This document shows positions 9,168-19,185 of a stretch of 64,000 bases of DNA, piece by piece (position 1 is the stretch's first letter; each line of letters opens with the position of its first letter). Under the pieces are notes generated by a model. It saw only the letters and a list, made by a program, of their open reading frames with translations, was not told the origin of the DNA and searched no databases. The translations under genes were made by a program, and so were the position numbers. The DNA comes from Deltaproteobacteria bacterium (GTDB lineage Bacteria > Desulfobacterota > Binatia > HRBIN30 > CADEER01). Where the stretch lies: contig JAJCZJ010000105.1 in the NCBI GenBank assembly GCA_029262455.1, forward strand, positions 4,885-68,884. Reading direction: 5' to 3'.

Positions 9168-9536
9168 ATGGCCGAAGACCACCAACCGCAGATTCCGGCT
9201 GCCTTGGAGCAGATGCTTCTTGGCCTGACCGAGCTCGAGTCTGTTCTGGGTGAGGCGGGCCGCCGCCTCATCCCGGCGATTCACGGGCGTTTGCAGGAGG
9301 CGATGGCGGCACGTGATCGCGGCGACCCAGTTGGAATGTTCGAAGCCGTGGGTGCCGCAATGCGTGAAATTGCGGCCGTCGGCGATCAGTTGGAGCCGGG
9401 CGTCGGGAGCGCCATGGCAGCGCTCGCCGATCGTTTCCAGTCGGCGATGGTGCGCGGCGATATGGCCGAGGCCAAGAAGGGCATGGATATCATGTTCGAA
9501 CAGTCGGGTGCGCGCTATGTGCCGAAGAAGGATTGA
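9168..9536 (+). CDS. Hypothetical protein (Ala/Met-rich, likely helical)
   Basis: ORF of about 120 aa, MAEDHQPQIPAALEQMLLGLTELE..., with no recognisable motif. The start is chosen to avoid overlap with the divergent YciI-like gene. Confidence 0.4.
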   Translation: MAEDHQPQIPAALEQMLLGLTELESVLGEAGRRLIPAIHGRLQEAMAARDRGDPVGMFEAVGAAMREIAAVGDQLEPGVGSAMAALADRFQSAMVRGDMAEAKKGMDIMFEQSGARYVPKKD

Positions 9537-9595
9537 GCCGCGGGCCTTTCGAGGACGGTGACCATCCCGGCCGATGCCAGCGGCCGGGCCATAGC

Positions 9596-10789
9596 TCAGG
9601 CCGTTTCGTGCGAATCGACCTTGCTGGGCATGGCGGGATCGATGACCTCGATCCCGGCGTAGGCCTCTTCCACGAGCGCTTCGATATCGAGGTCGCGCTC
9701 CGCTGCGTTCGCCGCTCCGAGGTTCATTCGTGTCGAGGGATGTTTTGGAACGAAAAGCTGACAGCAGTCCTCGTCGGGCAGGATCGATGTTTCGTACGTA
9801 TTAATGCGGCGCGCTTGTGAGACGATTTCTTCCTTGTCCATGGCGATGAGAGGGCGCAGCATGGGAAGCGAACTAGCCTCTTCGACGACCGCCAAGTTTG
9901 GCAGAGTTTGCGACGCCACCTGGCCCAGGCTGTCTCCCGTTACGATAGCGGCGGCGCCGATCTCTCGCGCCAGCTTGGTTGCGATTCGCATCATCATTCT
10001 TCGGTACAGGACGACCCTCGGGCGCCGCGGCACGCGGGCGACGATCTGCTTCTGGACGGCCCCGAACGGAATGGAGTGAAGGCTGGTATCGGGTTGCCAC
10101 GCATTGAGGGTTCGCGCCAGCTCGATCGCTTTGTCGAGGCTCGCTCGGCTCTGGTAGGGGCCACCGTGAAAGTGGAGCAGCTCGACACGACACCCGCGGT
10201 ACATCATGCGGAATGCTGCGACCGGAGAGTCGATGCCGCCGGACAGGAGAGCGAGAACTTTTCCGCCGGTGCTTCCGGGTAGTCCGCCCGCGCCCGCAAC
10301 TTTGTCGATCGAGTACAGCATCTCGCGCGGTAGGATCTCGACGTGTATTTCGAAGTGAGGGTTGCTCAGGTTCACCGGGCGATTGGTACGTTCTTGGACA
10401 GCGGCGCCTATTTGCGCCGATACTTCGGGAGATTTGATCGGAAAGGTCTTGTCGCACCGCTTGGTGCGGACCGCGAAGTCCGTGAAGTCGTGGTTGGCGG
10501 CGATATCCGCCATGCGGTTGGCAAGCGCCGGGATCGAGGGGTGCACGCGCTCGCAAAGCAGAAAGTTGGCGATCCCGAAAACGCGTTGGAGCCGCTCGCG
10601 CACTGCGGGCCAAACGTCGATGGACGGGAGGTGGAGAATGATCCGACCTGGGGCGCGGTGGGTCTGGCGGACACCCGTCCCCTCGAGTGCGCGCACGATA
10701 TTGCGTGTGAGCTGCGCGACGAACGTCGTGCGGTTCGCCTTTTTTAGCGCGATTTCGTGATAGCGCACGACCACTCGATTCATTGCCAT
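9596..10789 (-). CDS. thiI: tRNA 4-thiouridine synthase ThiI (THUMP + PP-loop)
   Basis: N-terminal THUMP-like region (RYHEIALKKANRTTF) and PP-loop LALLSGGIDSPVAA. Overall length and architecture fit ThiI. Confidence 0.85.
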   Translation of the reverse strand: MAMNRVVVRYHEIALKKANRTTFVAQLTRNIVRALEGTGVRQTHRAPGRIILHLPSIDVWPAVRERLQRVFGIANFLLCERVHPSIPALANRMADIAANHDFTDFAVRTKRCDKTFPIKSPEVSAQIGAAVQERTNRPVNLSNPHFEIHVEILPREMLYSIDKVAGAGGLPGSTGGKVLALLSGGIDSPVAAFRMMYRGCRVELLHFHGGPYQSRASLDKAIELARTLNAWQPDTSLHSIPFGAVQKQIVARVPRRPRVVLYRRMMMRIATKLAREIGAAAIVTGDSLGQVASQTLPNLAVVEEASSLPMLRPLIAMDKEEIVSQARRINTYETSILPDEDCCQLFVPKHPSTRMNLGAANAAERDLDIEALVEEAYAGIEVIDPAMPSKVDSHETA

Positions 10790-10834
10790 GGATCCGGCAA
10801 CATAGGTGCGCTGCGGGTTCGCGGCAACTGGCGT

Positions 10835-11599
10835 ATGGCTTTCGACGATACAATAGAGACTTGGCTAGACGAGAAGCGCCGCGAGGTGGAGACCATTCGC
10901 GGCATTGCGACGCAGGCGATCGTCCCGAGTCGGCGGGACTTCTGCCAGTTCATCGCGAGCCAGAGGACGGCCGTGAACTTGGTGCCGCGCTTGGCTCGCC
11001 GCGACCCCGCAACCGAAACCCGCTGGCCCGATCTCGATTTAGTGGCGCTCGCCAAGGACCTCGATGATACCGATATCGGCGCTTTGGCGTTTCGCTCCGC
11101 TGCGCTCCATGGCGGCAGCTTGGACGAGTTGGCCGAGGTGAGTACCGCCGTCTCGGCACCCGTACTGCGAGACGACCTGTGCCTGCATGAGGCACAGGTC
11201 TATGACTCGCGCTTGCGCGGAGCCGATGCGATTTTGATTCCGGCGGGCATTCTCGACGATGAGGAAGTCGTGCGCATCGCCGATATCGCAGTCTCGTTGC
11301 ATATGACCCCGGTCGTCGCGGTGCGCGACCGAGACCAGCTGGCGCGTCTGGAGCCGCGTGCCCCGTGGTGCGTCGGCATTGAATGCACGATGGTTGATGG
11401 GTACGCGGATCTGAGCTTGGTGGGAGGGATTTCCGACGCGGTACCGCACCATTTGGTGGTCGTTCTGCTCTCCGAGCTGCGCACTTTGGATGATGCTGCG
11501 GCATTGAGCGGGCTGGTTGACGCCGTCGTGGTGGGAAAGTCGCTCTTCGATCGCGCCGATCCGGTTGCCGCTGTCGAAAGCTATTTGGCTGCATTGTGA
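10835..11599 (+). CDS. Indole-3-glycerol-phosphate synthase (TrpC)-like TIM-barrel protein, divergent
   Basis: Core region PVLRDDLCLHEAQVYDSRLRGADAILI...VAVRDRDQLARL aligns by eye to TrpC ([27 protein letters not shown]). Key catalytic positions look substituted. ATG at 10835. Confidence 0.5.
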   Translation: MAFDDTIETWLDEKRREVETIRGIATQAIVPSRRDFCQFIASQRTAVNLVPRLARRDPATETRWPDLDLVALAKDLDDTDIGALAFRSAALHGGSLDELAEVSTAVSAPVLRDDLCLHEAQVYDSRLRGADAILIPAGILDDEEVVRIADIAVSLHMTPVVAVRDRDQLARLEPRAPWCVGIECTMVDGYADLSLVGGISDAVPHHLVVVLLSELRTLDDAAALSGLVDAVVVGKSLFDRADPVAAVESYLAAL

Positions 11600-12105
11600 C
11601 GATTCGGGCGGCGGTGTTGATTCCGGTGCGAACCGTACCAGGGGTCGGTCTGGTGATGACGATGATTCGGCGATCCGACGGGGGCACGCATGCCGGACAG
11701 ATGGCTTTTCCCGGGGGCCGATTTGAAGACGGTATCGACGGGAGCCTTCTGGCGACGGCGGTGCGCGAGACTTACGAAGAGGTGGGCATCGCGCCATCGG
11801 ATATCGAGATGGTGGGTGCCCTACCGGAGCGCCGCACGTATAGCTCCGCGTACGTCGTCAGTCCGTTCGTCGGCCGCATTCCCCACCCCTACGAATTCGC
11901 AGCCGAGGTTCGCGAGGTCGACCGTATTATCGATGCACCAATAGAAGCGTTTCGGGAAAGAGCGAAGCGTCGTTTTGTGCCTTGGCAGTATCAAGGGAAG
12001 GCGGTCGAAGCGCCAGCGGTCGAAGTCGAGGGTGAGCTCGTCTGGGGATTGTCCCTCAACATTATCGAAGATTTGTTGGCATCTGATTTGGCTGGTCGAT
12101 TGTGA
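11596..12105 (+). CDS. NUDIX hydrolase, CoA pyrophosphatase-like
   Basis: LIPV...GLVMTMIRRSD...HAGQMAFPGGRFEDG, and Nudix box AVRETYEEVGI. Confidence 0.8.
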   Translation: MTIRAAVLIPVRTVPGVGLVMTMIRRSDGGTHAGQMAFPGGRFEDGIDGSLLATAVRETYEEVGIAPSDIEMVGALPERRTYSSAYVVSPFVGRIPHPYEFAAEVREVDRIIDAPIEAFRERAKRRFVPWQYQGKAVEAPAVEVEGELVWGLSLNIIEDLLASDLAGRL

Positions 12106-12113
12106 TCGTGCGC

Positions 12114-13694
12114 TCACTTCGCTTCCTTCCCGGCGCAAAGGTCCAAAGCGCGGCGTCGTAGTTCGCTGCGATCGACTTTACCGCTGCCCAGTGTCGGGAC
12201 AGCCCCGGGCTCGAGTTCGAAGAAGTGGCGTGGGACCTTGTAGGTGGCAAGAACTTTCCCGCAGTGATCGAGGAGGGCGGTTCGATCGAAATTTTCGTTT
12301 GCCGACACGATGAAGGCAGCTACGTTTTCTCCGCGGATGCGATCCGGGACGGGGACGACGTATGCACTCTCGATGTCGGGGTGTTGCTGTAGTGCCTGCT
12401 CAACCTCAGCGGCGGCGACGTTGACCCCGGCACTTTTGATGACATCGCCGAGCCGGCCGAGAAAGTGTAGGTGCCCGGTGTCGTCAAGGCGCCCGCGATC
12501 GCCGGTGTGGAAGTACCCGTCGGGGTCAAAAGCATCACCGTCTATTTGTCCGTAGTAGCCGCGCATCAGGCTGTCACCACGCACGAGAACCTCTCCCGCG
12601 GTGCCGGACGGCGCGTGCGATCCATCGTTCGCCGCGATGCGGATCTCGAGACCGGGCATTGGCCTGCCGTGCGAGCCCGCCCTCACTTCGAGCGGATCGT
12701 CGTATCCCGTGCAAGCCGCCATCGGCCCGGTTTCGCTCATCCCCCACGTGCCGACACATTGGTGGTCGTCGGCGAGGAGGGAGCGCGCCCAAGGCGCGTT
12801 GGCTCCCGGCCCTTTGTGCAGTCGCAGATTCTCGCGCCGGAAGTCGGGGTGACCGGCGATGGCCTCGGCTTGGTGGGGCCATCCGAAGAAGACCGTGCAG
12901 CCGTGCGTCTCCATCAGACGAATCGCTTCTTTGGGCGAGAAGATGTCTTGCAGGAGTAGGGCGCCGCCGCGATTGAGCGTTGCGAGAGCTACGCCGACAA
13001 GTCCTCCGTTGAAGAACATTGGCAAGTAGCCGTACGTCCGGTCGTCGTTGTCGAGACCCAATCGATGGCCGACGTTCTCCGCCGCGCGTAGCATGCTGGC
13101 ATGAGTGTGGACGACACCTTTCGGGTCGGCGGTGCTGCCGGAGGTGAAAAAGATGGCTGCGTCATCCGACCCGTGCACCGGGCCATCGTCCTCTGCTGCT
13201 TCGACTGCAGCGGCGACGGCTGCTGCCCAGTCACCGTCGGGTCCTGAGAATGCGACGCGGCGCAGGGCCGGTAGATCCCTCGTGCGTCCAGCGGCTTGGC
13301 CACCGAAGAGACGGGGGCAAATTTCGGCCAGATTCGAACGATAGTCGTGTCCCAGGAACTCGTTTTCTGCGACCACAATTTCAACCTCGGCGAGGCGCAG
13401 CGAGTGGGCCAGCTCGCGGGGGCGATAGAGGGTGTTCAGCGGTACGAGGATGGCACCGACTTGCCACGCGCCGAACGCGCACGCCAACCATTCCGGGCGG
13501 TTGGGCAGGAGCAGCCCGATGTGTGTGCCCCGACTCGCACCGATGCTGCGGAATGCTGCCGCCCGGCGCTGACTTTCGTGATGCAGGTCTTTGTAGGTCC
13601 AGGTCGTCACGCGGTCGATGAGAGCGGGCGCGTCGGGCCATTTTCTTGCCCATTCTGCGGAGACGGTGGGCAAGGTTCTGTGTTTGGAGTTCAT
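12114..13694 (-). CDS. AMP-dependent acyl-CoA synthetase/ligase
   Basis: AMP-binding motifs FTSGSTADPKGVVHTH and TWGMSETG, and the C-terminal GDRGRLDDTGHLHFLGRLGDVIKSAG block. Confidence 0.9.
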   Translation of the reverse strand: MNSKHRTLPTVSAEWARKWPDAPALIDRVTTWTYKDLHHESQRRAAAFRSIGASRGTHIGLLLPNRPEWLACAFGAWQVGAILVPLNTLYRPRELAHSLRLAEVEIVVAENEFLGHDYRSNLAEICPRLFGGQAAGRTRDLPALRRVAFSGPDGDWAAAVAAAVEAAEDDGPVHGSDDAAIFFTSGSTADPKGVVHTHASMLRAAENVGHRLGLDNDDRTYGYLPMFFNGGLVGVALATLNRGGALLLQDIFSPKEAIRLMETHGCTVFFGWPHQAEAIAGHPDFRRENLRLHKGPGANAPWARSLLADDHQCVGTWGMSETGPMAACTGYDDPLEVRAGSHGRPMPGLEIRIAANDGSHAPSGTAGEVLVRGDSLMRGYYGQIDGDAFDPDGYFHTGDRGRLDDTGHLHFLGRLGDVIKSAGVNVAAAEVEQALQQHPDIESAYVVPVPDRIRGENVAAFIVSANENFDRTALLDHCGKVLATYKVPRHFFELEPGAVPTLGSGKVDRSELRRRALDLCAGKEAK

Positions 13695-13800
13695 TGAGGT
13701 AAGTGGGCCACACGTCGTGCCGCTACATCAAGAGCTGAGCCAGGGAGGGGTTGACCCGGTTGTTGAATGTAAGCCCCGCCGCTAACGTCATCCTTCGACT

Positions 13801-15090
13801 ATGGACTTCGATAGATTGTTGGATCGCCTGCGAGCCGGTTTCTTCCGAAACTTTCTCCACTTCTTGTTGTTTGCGAGCAGCGTTGCAATGTGGGCTGTTC
13901 CGGTCTGGGTAGGCCACAATCTCGGCACGTTTCGTCTCTCCTTTGGTAGCCAGGTCGCGGGCGTTCTTGCGGTGTACGGTTTGAACTGGGTCGTGCTGCG
14001 CCGACCCGGGTTGTCGCCCAGGCGCTGGTTGCGCCGTTACTCGGCGTTGGCCTTTGGCTTGCTGCTGTGTTTCGCGTTTCTCATCTTCACGACGGTCGTT
14101 TTTAGTGCCGGGCGCGCGGTTCTTGCGGTCGTGGATCCAGATCTCGCCCTCTTGGCGACGACTGCTGAGCAAGCCGTCGGTTTGGCGGGCGTTGCGACGA
14201 TCTTGGGATTGCTTGTGTTTGGCTATACCGGGGGGCAGCGCCAGCTGCAGATCAACCACGTGCCGATTTCGATGCCCGGGCTGGGTGGCGCGCTACGAGT
14301 TGTGCAGTTGAGTGACATTCATGTCGGTCAGAACCTTGGGTTCGAACAGCTGGTCGATTTTGTGGAGAGAGTGAATGCGCTGGACCCCGACTTGGTGATT
14401 CTAACCGGCGATATCGCCGATGGACCGAAATCTGATCTCGAACGGTTTTTTCCGGTGTTGGGCGGGATTCGCGCGCGTCATGGAACCTTGGCGATTCTCG
14501 GCAATCACGATCACAACGCCGGTGCGGACCGAGTCGAGGCCGCACTGGTCGAGGTTGGCATCGACGTGCTGCGGGACCGGGCGACGACGCTCGATCTCGA
14601 CGGGTGCGTGTTGCATGTGATGGGACTCGACGATCGCGGGCCCGACTGGGCACGTGGTTACCGGGAAGACTTGACTCTCGGCCGGTTGTTGGCAGAAGCC
14701 CCACCGGAGGTGCCGCGGCTTTTGCTGGTGCATCGTCCCGATGTCTTTCGGCAGGCCGCCGAGCTCAAGGTGAACCTGACTCTGTCCGGGCACACGCACG
14801 GAGGGCAGCTGGCGTTGCCCTGGTTTGGTGGTCGTCGTCGCAATCTGGCCGAGTTTGTCACCAAGTTTGATCGCGGATTGTTTCGCGCCGGTGAATCCTC
14901 GCTCTATGTCAACTGCGGTCTCGGTGTCACTGCGCAACGGATTCGGTTGTTTACGCCGCGAGAGATCACGGTTCTCGATCTTGCCGCGGTGTCGGTAGGG
15001 GGCGAGATCGAAGTGGAACCGAGACTGCGCCGTGTGATTCAATCACACGGCGCAATGTGGCGGCGAAGCGGAGCCGGTCGAGTCGCATAG
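13801..15090 (+). CDS. Membrane-anchored calcineurin-like metallophosphoesterase
   Basis: N-terminal TM helices followed by phosphoesterase motifs LSDIHVG, GDIAD, GNHDH and GHTHGGQ. Confidence 0.85.
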   Translation: MDFDRLLDRLRAGFFRNFLHFLLFASSVAMWAVPVWVGHNLGTFRLSFGSQVAGVLAVYGLNWVVLRRPGLSPRRWLRRYSALAFGLLLCFAFLIFTTVVFSAGRAVLAVVDPDLALLATTAEQAVGLAGVATILGLLVFGYTGGQRQLQINHVPISMPGLGGALRVVQLSDIHVGQNLGFEQLVDFVERVNALDPDLVILTGDIADGPKSDLERFFPVLGGIRARHGTLAILGNHDHNAGADRVEAALVEVGIDVLRDRATTLDLDGCVLHVMGLDDRGPDWARGYREDLTLGRLLAEAPPEVPRLLLVHRPDVFRQAAELKVNLTLSGHTHGGQLALPWFGGRRRNLAEFVTKFDRGLFRAGESSLYVNCGLGVTAQRIRLFTPREITVLDLAAVSVGGEIEVEPRLRRVIQSHGAMWRRSGAGRVA

Positions 15091-15931
15091 CACCTCGTCG
15101 CAGGAGGGTGGTGTTGCCAGGATCCCAGAGCAGGACCGGTTTTCCGCGAGACAGGGCTTCGAGGCAGATCGACTCGACTGTGCCGCCCTTGCGGGCGCTG
15201 GTAACGAAGATCACATGCCCTAGCGCGGCGATCAGTTCATCACGCCTTCTGCCGTTGTTGGGTGCTGCGTGGTCCTCTGGTCGAAACGGAGACAGCGCGA
15301 GCGCCGTGTCCCGGTCGAATACGGTGCGACTCACACCGCTGCCGAATGGGTCGCGTCGATAATCTCCATTGAATGCTGTGAATAAGCCCCGATCGAGGAC
15401 GACGATGCGGTTGGCGTTGATTGCGCGTGCGGATATCGCGGCGAGCCGGTGGGTGGTCTTCATCCCACCGACCGCCAGGACGAGGTTCAGGGTACGGGCG
15501 GTTCGTATGGCCGTCACGATCGCTTGAACTGTGTCTTCGAGAATCTCTCGGGAGCTCAAAATGGCCAGGCAGGGACTGTTGAGCAGCGTCCGGTTTCCGA
15601 GAGTGAATATCAGCGGTGGCGTATGCCTTAGGTCGGAGTGGAAGCGGCTAGGGAATCCGGGTGAGTCCGGCGACAGGGCGCGCGCCCCGACGCGGTCTAG
15701 TTGGTCGACGATTCGTCGACATCGATCCATGTGCTCCGATCGCTGTGAGATCAGGCGACGGATGGCGTCGGTGGGTAGTCGGTAGAATCGCGCAAGGTGT
15801 TCCGGTGATGCTGCCAAGACCGATTCGGGAGAGGTGTTCGACACCGACGCCTGCGACTGAAGTCGTGCGAGAATTCGCTCACCTACCCCGGGTAGTTCTC
15901 TGATCGCCACCCATGCCGACGTGCGTCGCAT
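14966..15931 (-). CDS. dprA: DNA-processing protein DprA/Smf family
   Basis: N-terminal LPGVG helix-hairpin-helix-like region, then a Rossmann-like domain (FPSRF...PPLIFTLGN..LLNSPCLAILSSREI...). Overlaps the convergent phosphoesterase gene by 125 nt. Confidence 0.7.
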   Translation of the reverse strand: MRRTSAWVAIRELPGVGERILARLQSQASVSNTSPESVLAASPEHLARFYRLPTDAIRRLISQRSEHMDRCRRIVDQLDRVGARALSPDSPGFPSRFHSDLRHTPPLIFTLGNRTLLNSPCLAILSSREILEDTVQAIVTAIRTARTLNLVLAVGGMKTTHRLAAISARAINANRIVVLDRGLFTAFNGDYRRDPFGSGVSRTVFDRDTALALSPFRPEDHAAPNNGRRRDELIAALGHVIFVTSARKGGTVESICLEALSRGKPVLLWDPGNTTLLRRGAMRLDRLRFAATLRRVIESHGAVSVPLRSRPLPTPRQDREP

Positions 15932-15983
15932 GGTCTAGCTATGTAGTACTATTTTAGATAGCTGTAAAGAGTACCCGGTTACA

Positions 15984-16292
15984 TCAGGACAGGGGACGCG
16001 TCTTGTCGTAGGATGGTCCTCGATCGTCGCGCAGTCGTTCGAAGTCCCTTTCCGCCTCGCGAAAGACCCGTTGCTTTCGCTGGGCGAGGCCATAGAGCGC
16101 CATCAGCCCGGCGAGCACCGCGATAGCGGTGCGCGGGTGTTCGCGAATCCAGACGAGTATTTCTATGGCCGCATCCATCGGGATTGCTGCCAGGTTACCT
16201 CGGCAATGCTGTGCATCAAGCGTCAAATCGCCTGATCGTATTGATTTGTAACAATATGCAGCAAAGTGACCGGCCGCTGCATCCCGTAACAA
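15984..16292 (-). CDS. Hypothetical small membrane protein
   Basis: One predicted TM helix (AIAVLAGLMALYGL). No homology recognised; it may be non-coding. Confidence 0.25.
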   Translation of the reverse strand: MLRDAAAGHFAAYCYKSIRSGDLTLDAQHCRGNLAAIPMDAAIEILVWIREHPRTAIAVLAGLMALYGLAQRKQRVFREAERDFERLRDDRGPSYDKTRPLS

Positions 16293-16399
16293 GATGAGTC
16301 ATCGCTGCAACCTCTGTGGACGCCTGTTTGGCGATTGCAATGCGGAATCGCATGGCTATATAGGTGCAGCCGTTGGTTCGTGATGAGGGGTGGATCTTG

Positions 16400-18913
16400 A
16401 TGATGAAGTGGGGGCGCTTCAGCTCACTGGCACGCGTCGCTGGCTTGCTGGCTTGCCTGAGCTTGCCGGTAGTCGCAGTCGGGCAGGAAGTAGCCGGGGA
16501 CGCGAATTGCGACCAAGTCGTGGATGCCAGCGACTTGAACGACTTGGCGACCGCGGTCTTTGAAGGCAGCGATTGCCTGACGGCCGACGTCAATGAGGAT
16601 GGCGGACTGAGTGCCGCTGACTTGATTGCGCTGGTTTTCGCGCTAGATGCGACCCAGGTTACCGCCACCCCAACCGAGACGGAAGGACTCAATCCTACCG
16701 ATACTCCCACTGAGACTGGGGGCCCCGATCCGACCGAAACTCCGACCGAGACGGGCACGGAAGTGCCTGAAACTGAGACCCCAACCTCGACGGTGACTCC
16801 AACAGCAACGAGGATTCCGACGCCAACGGCGACGCGAATGCCGACTGCCGATGGCCCGACGCCGACGCCGCCGGCGACTTTCACGGCCAGCGCGACCCCG
16901 ACCGCGACGCGTACCGATACCAATACGCGGACGCCCTCGCAGACCGCGACTCCGTCCAATACCCAGACGCCGACGCGGACGGGCACACCGACGCGCACAG
17001 GCACCTCGACGCGGACGCCAACCGTGACCCGGACGCCACCTCCGACGCGTACTCCAACGCGTACCGGAACGACGACGCGCACGCGGACGCCGTCGCGCAC
17101 CGGCACTCCGACGCGAACCCAGACCGCGACGCGTACGCCACCGCCAACGTTTACCTCAACACGTACCGGAACGACGACGCGCACGCGGACGCCGTCGCGC
17201 ACCGGCACTCCGACGCGAACCCAGACCGCGACACGTACGCCACCGCCAACGTTCACCGCAACACGTACCGGAACGCCGACGCGCACACGGACGCCGACGC
17301 GCACCGGCACTTCGACGCGCACCACGACAAGGACCCGTACGGGTACGTTGACCCCGACGCCCTCTCGCACAGGGACCTCGACGCGCACGCGCACGGGGAC
17401 GCGTACCTGGACTCCGAGTCGCACGCCGACCGGAACCCGCTCATTTACCGCGACTCGTTCGCCGATCGGTACTCTGACTCCAACGCGGACGGGGACGTCG
17501 AGCCGTACGCCGACGTTGACGGGCACGCCGACCGGAACCCGTACCCCGACTGGGACACGCACGGCGACGAGTACGGGCACCCGGACGCGTACGGGGACGC
17601 CGACCCGCAGCGCCACGCCGACCCGGACGAATACCTCGACCAGGACCTCGACTGGCACGCCGACCAATACTCGGACTGGCACGGCCACACGAACCCATAC
17701 GGGAACCAGGACGCCGACGCCCACGCGTACCCCGATCGGGACCAACACCGCGACGCGGACCCAGACGTTTACGCGGACGCAAACCCACACGCGTACAGCG
17801 ACCTTGACGCGTACGCCGACTGGTACGAGAACGCCGAGCGCCACCCTTACGTCGACCCGGACCGGGACTCAGACACGCACGCCGACGGCCACTCGCACGC
17901 ACACCTTCACTCGCACGAATACGCCGACGCGGACGTCCACCGGCACGCGAACTTCGACCAGAACTGGGACATCGACGCGGACCTTTACGCTTACGCGAAC
18001 TCCTACTGGAACCAGAACCTGGACGCCGACCCGTACCTCGACCGGCACGCCTACTTCGACGCGTACGCGGACGTTCACGCGCACCCAGACGTTTACAAAT
18101 ACCCCGACACTCACTCAGACCCCGGTGTTTTCGTTCACGCCGAGCCAGACCGGCACACCGACGCAAACGGGAACCAATACACTGACTCCATCGCAAACGG
18201 GTACGCCGACGCAGACTGGTACTCCGACGTCAACCACCGACCGCATTGGTCCGCCCGTGGTTGCGTTTCAGGCCGTGCGTCAGAACGGATGTCCCGGGTG
18301 CTGCAATTTCAGCTGCCGGCTGACCCCGACGCCGACGCCAGAATTCGACGCCGAAGGGCGTCCGGTCTTCAATACCAATGACCGATTCTTGTTGGTGGTC
18401 GAGACCTCGGTCGGGCAGTCGGTGCTGCATGCCGGTAGTCAAGGCGTGATGGTGGGTGACGACGTTGACGACATCACCCACTCGAGTGGGCGCCCGTCCC
18501 TTCAACTGCTTGCCTCAATGGATCTCGGCAACGGCAGTAGCCAGGTTTGCGATGGATCCCCAGTGAATCCTCCAGGCGGCGTCCCGGGCTTCGCTCCTCC
18601 GATCATAGACTGTGATGATCCCGATCTGACACCGGCCCAACAACTCGCTTGCCAGTCGCAGGAGTCAGAGGTCACTGACGCCCTGGTCGATGTCGCGTGT
18701 CGATTTGCTTTCGTCACTTCAGAGGGCAACGCCTGCACAAAGAATCCGTTCGGGGACTTTGCTTTTCTGGCGGATAACACGACCCGACAGTATTGCTTTC
18801 AGATCCCAACCGATTCGCAGCTGCCGGCCGGTGAGACGGTTCTAAAAGTCCAAGCCAGAGATGGTGCCGGATTCCTCGGTCCAGCCAGCGAGATCGTCAT
18901 CCGCGTACCATAA
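16400..18913 (+). CDS. Secreted Thr/Arg/Pro-repeat (TRT) protein 1 with N-terminal dockerin-like repeats and conserved C-terminal domain
   Basis: Signal peptide [28 protein letters not shown]. Two dockerin-like repeats ([21 protein letters not shown] and [20 protein letters not shown]). About 550 aa of (T-R-T-[PG]-T) low complexity. C-terminal ~210-aa Cys-containing domain homologous to the C-terminus of TRT2, ending ...IVIRVP. Confidence 0.8.
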   Translation: MMKWGRFSSLARVAGLLACLSLPVVAVGQEVAGDANCDQVVDASDLNDLATAVFEGSDCLTADVNEDGGLSAADLIALVFALDATQVTATPTETEGLNPTDTPTETGGPDPTETPTETGTEVPETETPTSTVTPTATRIPTPTATRMPTADGPTPTPPATFTASATPTATRTDTNTRTPSQTATPSNTQTPTRTGTPTRTGTSTRTPTVTRTPPPTRTPTRTGTTTRTRTPSRTGTPTRTQTATRTPPPTFTSTRTGTTTRTRTPSRTGTPTRTQTATRTPPPTFTATRTGTPTRTRTPTRTGTSTRTTTRTRTGTLTPTPSRTGTSTRTRTGTRTWTPSRTPTGTRSFTATRSPIGTLTPTRTGTSSRTPTLTGTPTGTRTPTGTRTATSTGTRTRTGTPTRSATPTRTNTSTRTSTGTPTNTRTGTATRTHTGTRTPTPTRTPIGTNTATRTQTFTRTQTHTRTATLTRTPTGTRTPSATLTSTRTGTQTRTPTATRTHTFTRTNTPTRTSTGTRTSTRTGTSTRTFTLTRTPTGTRTWTPTRTSTGTPTSTRTRTFTRTQTFTNTPTLTQTPVFSFTPSQTGTPTQTGTNTLTPSQTGTPTQTGTPTSTTDRIGPPVVAFQAVRQNGCPGCCNFSCRLTPTPTPEFDAEGRPVFNTNDRFLLVVETSVGQSVLHAGSQGVMVGDDVDDITHSSGRPSLQLLASMDLGNGSSQVCDGSPVNPPGGVPGFAPPIIDCDDPDLTPAQQLACQSQESEVTDALVDVACRFAFVTSEGNACTKNPFGDFAFLADNTTRQYCFQIPTDSQLPAGETVLKVQARDGAGFLGPASEIVIRVP
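17060..17263 (+). repeat. Near-perfect 102-bp tandem duplication inside TRT1 gene (34-aa unit [32 protein letters not shown][ST])
   Basis: Direct reading: units at 17060-17161 and 17162-17263 differ at only a few positions. They lie within a larger ~1.6-kb ACG/CGT-periodic low-complexity region (~16650-18240). Confidence 0.85.
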
Positions 18914-19140
18914 GAACTTCGCGCCGGCCGACAGCGGTCTTTCGACAGACTGGCCCGGTTGCCGAAATCCTCAACCAAAGCCGGGGCGTTCCCTCCAGTT
19001 TCGCGCCTTGGCAGTGCGCTGAAATCCTCGTTTTCGCTCGCTCGCCGGTTTTTCAACGGACGGCTCGAGGCCACTTTGTGGAAGAGCTCTGTCCCCATGC
19101 CCGGGTGGCGGCGCTCATGGCTCACTGCCAAGCGACCATT

Positions 19141-19185
19141 TAGCTTTCCAAAAGCCTACCAATTAGCTTGCCAGAAGCTTACCAA
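19141..19185 (+). promoter_or_regulatory. Imperfect 22-bp direct repeat pair (TAGCTTKCCARAAGCYTACCAA x2)
   Basis: tagctttccaaaagcctaccaa / tagcttgccagaagcttaccaa, separated by 1 nt and matching at 18 of 22 positions. They sit ~135 nt upstream of the shared promoter motif of the P3-P6 operon. Confidence 0.45.

Noticed and set aside
9873-11797. Multiple long Arg/Pro-rich ORFs (9873-10853-, 10950-11687-, 11039-11797-, 10343-10760+) overlapping thiI and the TrpC-like gene
   Set aside because: Low-complexity, high-GC frame artefacts. The conserved ThiI and TIM-barrel frames account for the region.
16216-18196. Long minus-strand ORFs (542 aa VRVGVPVRV... and 251 aa Arg/Gly-rich) antisense to TRT1, and similar ones (24487-26445, 24813-25535, 25578-26195, 26220-26660) antisense to TRT2
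   Set aside because: They are complementary-frame artefacts of the ACG/CGT periodic repeat: Thr/Arg codons read backwards give Val/Arg/Gly. They lack signal peptides, flanking domains and sensible starts. The + strand ORFs have signal peptides and conserved terminal domains.
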